Below are positions 54,001 to 63,000 of a stretch of DNA of 64,000 bases, one piece after another. A program made the position numbers and the translations under genes. Position 1 is the stretch's first letter; every line of letters starts with the position of its first letter. The notes beneath the pieces are model-generated. The model was not told the origin of the DNA. It searched no databases and was given only the letters and a program-made list of their open reading frames with translations. This DNA comes from an uncultured Planctomycetales bacterium (GTDB lineage Bacteria; Omnitrophota; Gorgyraeia; Zapsychrales; JAHFFX01), in NCBI GenBank assembly GCA_964612665.1, contig CAZTCI010000001.1:508896-572895 (forward strand), written 5' to 3'.

Positions 54001-57000
54001 CGAATCAGAAATAATTTCTCTCCACGTTGTGCGATACGATAACTCCAGAATTCCGTTTCCGCGATAGCGCGTGTGATCGTAAACCATCTCAAATAGCTCA
54101 TGGACAAATGCAGCCTTGTCCCTATTGGGCGACGTCGGTTTGGGTTTCTGGTAATAGAATTGTCCCGATCTGAGGAATTGATTTTTGAGCGCAACCCAGA
54201 CTTGGCCTCCCTCAGTCACATAAAACATGTCACTCAAAAATGCGTACTCGGGTCCTTCCAAAAGAATGGCCCCTAACGTTTGGCCGAATTCATCGAAGCT
54301 CATCGCCTTGATCTCGTTGATCGTGCCCAGCCGCGCAATACGCAGCCAGGCCTGGTGAATCAAACGATCATCGTGGCGTTTCATTGGCCGATAATCTCTA
54401 AAGTACCAAAACAATAGCTGTGTCACGGATATCGCCAGAATATTAACGGAGAAAGGATAATTTTTAATTTCTTCCATAAGCAACGAAGCCATCGTCATGA
54501 TGATCGTCGGCGCGGTTAGGTGCGTCACACCCACTACGACGATGATGATAAGAATCGCTATCGAACAAACCCATAACATTCCATGCAGTTCCTGCTCGGA
54601 GGAATTTGTTTGAACCTTCTTCGCATTGGCGTTGAATTGTTTTCCAAACACCTTCTCCTGCGCCTCTTGAGCAGAAACTTTGTCGGCGCGCAGATTAATA
54701 TATTCGAGCGCGAGATCTATTTGATGACCACTCAATTCCCACGCGATGCCGGCGAGGATCAGGCCGTAGGCTTCTTCGTGATTTTCGATATCGTTCAGCA
54801 CCTTCTTAATGACGGCTTCCCGTTGATCCACATCTCTGATTCCCGCCAAGGTCATGGCGGTCTCAATTAACTCACGGTCTTCTTCCGGTTCGATTGTGTT
54901 CAATCCATCAATGGCCATCCATTGCACATATGTACGGGCATGCTTGTAGGGATCCGTGATCTCCTGCGCCCAGGAGACTTTGCTAGACAACACAAAGGTA
55001 GCAATTAGAAGTAGCAATTCTCGACGATGAAATGCAGATCTATTTTTTGTGCTGATAGAAGATGTATTCGTGATTGTAGTTGATCGGGTGTAAGATTTGA
55101 GGAGCCAAAGAAGAAGGACAATCAGCAGGAGATCAATACCTAACGAAACTATCCAGACTTTTTGTTTTAATAAATCTTCAAAATCCGAAAGACCATCATC
55201 TTCCTCATCAATTTCTAAATTATTCTTACTTCTCGCCATCGAGATCATACTCATCGTTTGGTTAAACAATACCTCTGATCTCCGCTCTTCCTCTTCTTTC
55301 TGTGTCAAAACTTTGGGCCGCAGTTGCTGCTGTTCGGCGATCGCCATTAATGTTCCAAAATAAATCGGATAAAGTGAAGATGATTCTCTAAGAATCAGCA
55401 TGCCGTGACCATCATGGAATTCTCTATTTTTGAGCTGCTGAATCTGACTTAATGTTGCCAGGGCATTCATCGCTTGAACAGTGAACGGCTCATCGTATTC
55501 AATCGCCTGTTGAACAAATTCTGCCTTCAAAATTGGACTGTCAGCGTACGCATGAGGATTCGGTAAAATGATCTCAACTTGGATATTACTTTCTGCATCC
55601 TGATAAATAAATCGTGTGGCTCCATCCACTATCTCCTGAGTTAACTGATCAAACCTGATGTCATGACGCAGATTTTCTGTCGTATAAATCATGACATCGT
55701 TATAAAGGGTGAGGACGGCTCTTGAGATTTGACTGAGCGCATAACGGCCCCCAATGTCATCCATTTCAAGATCAGACCCATCCAGAACTTGAGTTTCATC
55801 CGCATCAGATCGTGGAGCATTAAATTCAGCGATTAGACTTTCTATTCCAAACTTTACCATTCCGAAAATTTCATCCAAATCCGCCTGACGAACTTTCACA
55901 TCAAATTGGCGTCCTGAAGAATATATACTTGAGGCTCTTTTTAAAAAGTAATCGATAAACTCTTGCTTATCAACTCCTGTATTTAAATCTTCAAAATTTT
56001 CTTTCCTATTAAGAAATACTTCCCAGCTGTCTTTAATAAAAGAATTCATCTTCTTGATTAATGAAGGTAAGGTCAATGTAGAGCTTGACCATATTTGGTG
56101 AGGATAAAATTCCGTATTGAAAAATTCTTTCCGATAATCATTCAAATATTGATTTAAAACAGGGACACTTAAAACGAGGCCATTGCCACCTAAGACTTTG
56201 CGCAAAATATCATGGATAATCCGCCCGCCGTTATTTTCTCCCATTTTTATAAAATAAATGTCTCTAAAGGTCGGCGGTACATTGTGGTTTGTGTAATTCA
56301 TATTCATCAGTGTCAACAAGGCACGAACTCTAGAGATTGTTTCTGCGCGACTTTGATTTTTTTCTAGCGCCGGTAAAAATCTGCTGGCGAGGTTCGGATA
56401 ATTCATGATTCCATCAAAAGAACGTTTACCAGCAATGGACACTTGAAATGCAAAATGTTCACTGGTCATAATCATCTTTCGAATTGCGTATCCCTTGACG
56501 AACCAATTTTGTTCAATCAGTTCTTCTCGAGCCGGAACATAAACAATTAACATCTCAATGATCAGTTCAGCCATGGCCAAATTCTGTTCAAACAAAGCAT
56601 CCTGTTCTGGATACATCCGACGGGATAGAATGACAGTATGTTGCAGCGCTGAAAGAATTCTAACGGCCGGCCAATGATCGATGCTAAGCAATGCGGTTCT
56701 CAATTGCCTGACCTCCTCGATCAAATTAGACAGATAAGACATTTTTGAAATTTCTGGATATTCTCCGACAATCGCTTCCAACTCCTGAAGAAGCGGCTCG
56801 ATGAATTCCGGGATAACATAATACCGTTCGTAGGTCGGTTTATTCTTCGTCCGCGTTAGAGTCACCATCCGTTTCTCTTGCTGGCGCTGTCGCTGTCTTA
56901 AATGATTCACGATCGGACCGTAGTCATTTTGAATTCCTTTAAAACGAGAGACCGTTTTGGATGAAAGGGGCGTCGTCGTTTCTAAGGTCACGACAGCGTC

Positions 57001-60000
57001 GAGAATGGATTTCAAACTCTCTAATACATGTTCGGTCTGCGTCAAAACGTCCGATTCCTCGGCTTCAAGCTTATCGGCCTCAGCCATTAATTCTTCAACC
57101 TTATAGGCTGGAGCCCTATGCGTTTTTAAAGCTGCCTCCATGTGAACCATTCTCGTCCTGGCCGCATCAATGAGTGCGATGGCTCGTTTTTCTGAAACCT
57201 CTTGCATGTATTGGGTCAATGTCTTCCCGAGTGCGTCCTGATCACTGGCTAATGTTTGTAATTCATTCCGTCCTTCCTCGGAAATCTTGGATTGATGAAC
57301 GGTGATGGCACTGATCGTCAGCGCTGCTTTACTCACATCATCCGTCATCGTCTTAAGCCTCTGATAAAGATCATTAAACTCCGTCAACAAGACGCCCATA
57401 TTATCATCACTGACGATTAGTGTCTTCTTTAGATAAGTGGCTACGGATGCATTGATCTCTAAAGACACAACGTTGCGCATCTGCGTCAATCGATCCTTCG
57501 TTTTTTCCATTAAATCTTCGAGCGTAATAAATCGATGACCAGCTTCAAAAGAGTCCTGAAGCAAGATCATTTGCGTCTCTTGCGTTCCTTGATAGACATT
57601 GCGGGTCTCCTCAATCAGCGTCTCAATGGATTGAGGATCTTGCTGCAGAATTTGGGCCGCTCTTCTTATTTCCGCCACGGCCAGCGTCCAGAGATCCTCG
57701 TCGGCCTGATCCATCAAACGTTGCGCCCAAGCGATAAATTCAAATTCCATCAACTCTTGATTCCAAGACGAACTCAATTCGTGAATCAATTTAATCGTTT
57801 CAAATTCGGGAGACTCTTTTAAATAATCTCGTCGAACCATTCTTAAAATACGTGCCTCGATGACATCGAATTCATCCCAATTAGAAATTTGTCGATCAAT
57901 GAGGAACTCGGCGACCTCATCCAGCGTTTTGAGTTTTACGATCGCCGTCAACAATTCTCGCTCTTGTTTCGATTCTGTCTTCTCTTCTTGTTGCAAGTTT
58001 TCGTTCGATTCTCCGTTTGCACGGAAAAGTTCGTTATGCTTTGCAGATCCTTCTTCGATCGATTCGTTAATGGCATTCGCCAATACTCGTCGGGTGTTTG
58101 GATCAAAAGCCACATTGTCCGGGAGATCTCTGCGCATGCTAAAGTAAACAAATAATATTTCGCGCCGTTCTCCTTCCCGCCAGCTATATCTGAAAAAGAT
58201 TCGATATGGTTTCCAATGAAGTTCTTGTAAGTTCAAGTAATTAATTCCAAATCCCATAATCACCTTGCCCAACGCCTTCCCATGCTCAATTTGCGATGCC
58301 GACGTCATCCATCGATCGATCTCATCCAGTAAACGCTTCTTTTCTTTCTCGTTGAGTTCGGATATGTTTTCATAAAATTCTTCCGAGGCCCTAGCTCGTA
58401 AACGTTTCAATGATGTGCTGCCATTGGCATAAATTGCTGTGCCGACAATAATGCCAAGGATAAACATCCATGAAAACGACGTGTCGATCATAATCCCCAC
58501 CACCGCTCCGATGAGAATCATGCGGAAGAGGTGATCCGCCGTGAGATGGTAGAGATGACGAAGGACGTAGGCGGAGACGCCGATAAAGAGGATGCTAATG
58601 AGCAACACTGGCGAGATCGCTTTGAGATTATGATGTTTCGACGGGTTTAACTCACCAGCCTTCTCATCCAAATGCTGAGTGATGTCTTCAACGGGAATGG
58701 CAAGACCATAATAACGTATAATTTCTGATAAATTGACAAAAGTGGTTTGGGCTTCATCCCATTGTTTCAGAGTTTGAATCTGTGATACCTGTTGCGCCAG
58801 TTGATGAATCTCTTCGACCATAACATCATGCAGCGCGTCTTTCCGAATGGCTTGACGGCGAGATTCAATCTCGTCGATCATCTCTTGGAAGGTCTGACGA
58901 TAAGCATCCAGAGCTTCCTTTGTCGATTGATATTGATCATCCAGCAAGGATTGCTGTTTTTGTAAACGCGACTGCAACAATCGTACGCGCTCAAGGGGAT
59001 CTTGAGGATGACGTCGCTTCGCCTTCGCTTTGGATATCGTTTTCCGCCCATGAGGATATCCTACAAATTTTTGATCACGAATCACGCGCCGGACGGCTTT
59101 CCCCTGCGTTTCTCCTCGCTGATTCTTTCCGGTGATGAACTGAATCGCACTTCGCCTTTTATTCCAGATGTTATCCGAACTGATTTCAACCGGCAAACTG
59201 ACTCTGATGGCACTGTTGGGCCAGATGCCTTCGGAGGTATCAATTCCAAAAGACAGCCGGATGATTTCAGCGGCCGCCGAATCTTTCCCTTGCAACTCCG
59301 CATATCTTAAACGCATCGCCTCAGCCTCGGGAGTATCGATCTCACCGCGGAAAACCTTTCTCAATTCCAAATCTCGCGCATTCAACACGACCGCTTTTTG
59401 CTTAATCGCCAGAACCTCCTTTTTCCTGGCCTCAGGCAGAAGCAAGATGGTTGACAACGGAACATTGAAAGCTGCGGCAAATTGAGGCAACGCACTGATC
59501 GAAAGCGTGCCGTCTCTCATTTGCTTCTGAAGATTTTGATAAAACATCCCGATCCGCTTGGCAAAATCTTCTTCGGTTAAATCGCGTTCCAGGCGAAGGA
59601 CCAGAAGATTGGCGAAGATTAAGCGTACAAATTCTTTTCCATCCGTCGGGCCGATGAACGGATACTCGGCTTCGTCTAAATTATCCAAAAAGAAAAGCAA
59701 TGGATTTCGCTGCAAGATATTCGCTATCTGGACAATTTTCGCCACCTGCGTGAATTGCAAATTATTTTCAATCCGGCGAATAGAATTCCCCGACATTCCC
59801 AGTTTTGTCGCGAGCCCTTGACGGGCTAAATCTGATGACGATGCTTCACGATATTTTTCAACCTGAGCGCCCACCCATTGACCATAGCGTTCAATTTCTT
59901 CCAATTTCTCGGGAGTGAAAATACTCGTCCTCGACTTCCTATCCACTCTGGCCATCCCGGCGAGGAACATCAGGTTAAGACCAAGGGCGGTGAGGGATAG

Positions 60001-63000
60001 CGATGAGAACAACATCCCCATTCCCGTCGATAATCCGGAAATGATTTTGGCGAGGGCGAGAACGGTGATCACAACAGGGGTCAATGCGACAAGGCTCAAA
60101 CGGCTTTCGGTGATCGATGGAACTGGATCGAATCTCGCTTCTCGCCGCGGAAACTTTTTGCGCAATTTCTCTAAAATCGATTCCAGCGTTTCATTCTTCG
60201 GTAATCTTTGGATAGTAAGGCAAAGGCGGCCTTCCTCAACTCCTTTTAATACCTCGACGAGGTAACACGCGGAGGGTGGCTTGAGGATCTTTCTTAAAAT
60301 GAATGGGAGTCTTTCTTTATCTGATAACGTCAGGCCGGGCGCCGCTTTAATCTCCTGTAAAATTTCTTCGAGCGTGCCCTGGAATTTGAAGGACTGAATT
60401 TTGAGGTGTGGATTTTCTTGTGTCCCAGCATCCGGCGCAGAGGTTTCGAGATAAACATTGATAGAACTATCATTGGAAGGGACCATCGCGGATTCGTTCG
60501 GCACCGTGACAAGGAAACGAACAACCGCCGCATGCAGTGCTAAACTCAACATCAACGCCAGGATATTCACTTTGCGGTCGGATAAAATTCTCAACGAAGA
60601 TGCAAAGATACGCGACATCCGCTGCGTCGGTGACCGGATCATGCCCGCCACAAAATACAAAACGAGGAACAATCCGATGATAAGGATGCCCGCCCAAGAA
60701 AGATTATTGAATCCTTCTCCAATGAAATAGGCCTTCAGTTTTTCCTGCTGGGCTTGATCCAAATTCGATTCTGATCTCACGCGGATCGGCAACAGATTTT
60801 CATGCTGGGCAATTTCCTTGAGCATGCCCAAGGCAGCTTCTGATTCGACTGATCCCTTCTTTAGTAAACCATCTTCACCTTGCAGTTCATTGTGCTGATG
60901 AAGGAAAAACATTTGATAAATCGTCCCGGCAAACAAAGCGCGCTGAGTAAACTCTGGATGCATCGTGGCCGCGGATTTAAATATGCGCTGCTCTTCTGTT
61001 TCTTCAGACTCCGATGAAGGCGATGAATCATCGCGGGAAACTTGATAGGCTCTCCAATCTTCCACAATAAAGCCGACATGGACAAATTCGTTCTCAAAAT
61101 AAAATCGCGTTGACTTACCGTCGGAGTCTGAAATTTCTATGTCCTCATACTTGACACCCAAATGCGGTCGCAACATATAGTGTTGTACCTGGACGTAAGT
61201 ATCAATAAGCACTCTGACAACCTTGAGTAAATTCTTTCTGGCTGTAAGAATTTCCAATCCAGCCAGATCGCCCTCACTTTCCATCTTTGCCTGCAGTTTC
61301 GCAATGGTTTCCCCCACACCTTCTTTCTTATCCAGCATATTTTTGGTTGTATTCAGGATAATTTTTCTATTGTATGGATAACGTAAGTGCTTTTTGAATA
61401 CCTCAAAGCCGTTGGGGACCAATCCAGTCTTGTTGTAATCTTCAATAAATTCGTGCCATATTGCAAGGGCCTCATTAATCACCTCCGGAATTTCATAACT
61501 CGACCGCGGTCTTCTAACATGCGGCAGATTCTTATTGCGAAAGGCGGACAAAATTCCAGTCTTTTTCTTTTTTAATTTTGGATCAACCCACTCCAACTCT
61601 GGGAACAGTTGCAATCGTTTTAAAAAGAATAAATAAATGCTCATCATAAATGGACCAAGATCCATATCGTGATAATAGGAGGTAATCAAAACCATAGGTT
61701 CAATGCCAAAAATGATCATGGCCATTTCTCGAGCAATAAATCTGGCTCTATTTAACTGAGTCGCCAGATTTTTATTAAATGTCATCGCTGGTTTTAATAA
61801 ATTTGAAATATTAACTCTACAATAAATCAATGCTTCAAATTCTTCATCTGTAGAAATGGTCTTTATTTTTTGAATGATCCCAACGTTGATTTTCTCCGCT
61901 CCCTCAAAACGAACGATTCTCGCTCTCGCCATGGCATATTCTTGAAGCATTTCCACAGCCAGCATGGATATGGCGATGCGGCCACTTAGCTCATCTAGAT
62001 ATTCCTGTAGCTCAATGCCCTGGCTAATCGCTTGCTTTTCAAGTTCGTTTCTTACTAAAGGATTGATTTCATCGAGAGTCTTAAATTTCTGTTCAATAAC
62101 ATCATCATCAAATCCAAGGAAATACAAGATACGCTCCAAAGCAGCACGCAAAACGTCAAGAGGGGCAAATGAATCTGCATCGTCGAGATGACGCAGCGAT
62201 TCTCTAAAATCCTCAACGTCAATGAATAAATTCATCGACGAAGAGAAGAGTGTCAGTGTGGGGGCAAACCGGATGGTGTCTTCAATGACCTGAATGGCTT
62301 CTTCGACCAATGGAGGAATGGAATAATAACGATCAAAACTGGACTCATCGGCGACTTTCTTCTTTTGAAGTTGATTCAACTTAGTCGTGAAGTCTTTTTG
62401 CTGGGCCTTGAATTGTGCGGCGAGCTCTCCATATTGTAATTCCAAAGTGTTAATCCGGGTTTTGGTGGCATCAGAAACCTTTTGTTGATCTTGCTTTATG
62501 ATATTTAATAATCCTCGGCTCCATCGCATCAAAACTTCGCATTTTTCCACAAATCTTTTCTGCGATTCAATAATGGCATTCACATCTTGTAAATCTGTTT
62601 CGGTGATTGTCGGCTGACCATGTCTCAAAATTATTAAGAACTGGCCTGCTTGCATTTCAAAAGCTTCAATTTCCAACGCCACGATCGCTTCATACCCGGC
62701 GGTGATGACTTGTTGAACAGAAGCGGTCAACTGCGCAAATTCATTTTGAATGACAGAAATATCTTCGGTCCAGCCATTCTCAATCCCCGTCGCAATTTCT
62801 TTTAACAAAGCAACCGCGTGGCCGATTGATTGCAAATGATTCTTAACTTCTGTCTGCCTCCCTTCGATCACATCCATTTGATCCAAAACGTCTTTTTGTT
62901 CGCTCCAGGGCTTTGTCGGATCGATATGGCGTGTCAGCTGCACAACAGGCCAGCTGGCCACGACAGTGGATAACGTTTGAATTTCCGTCTGAGTTCTTGC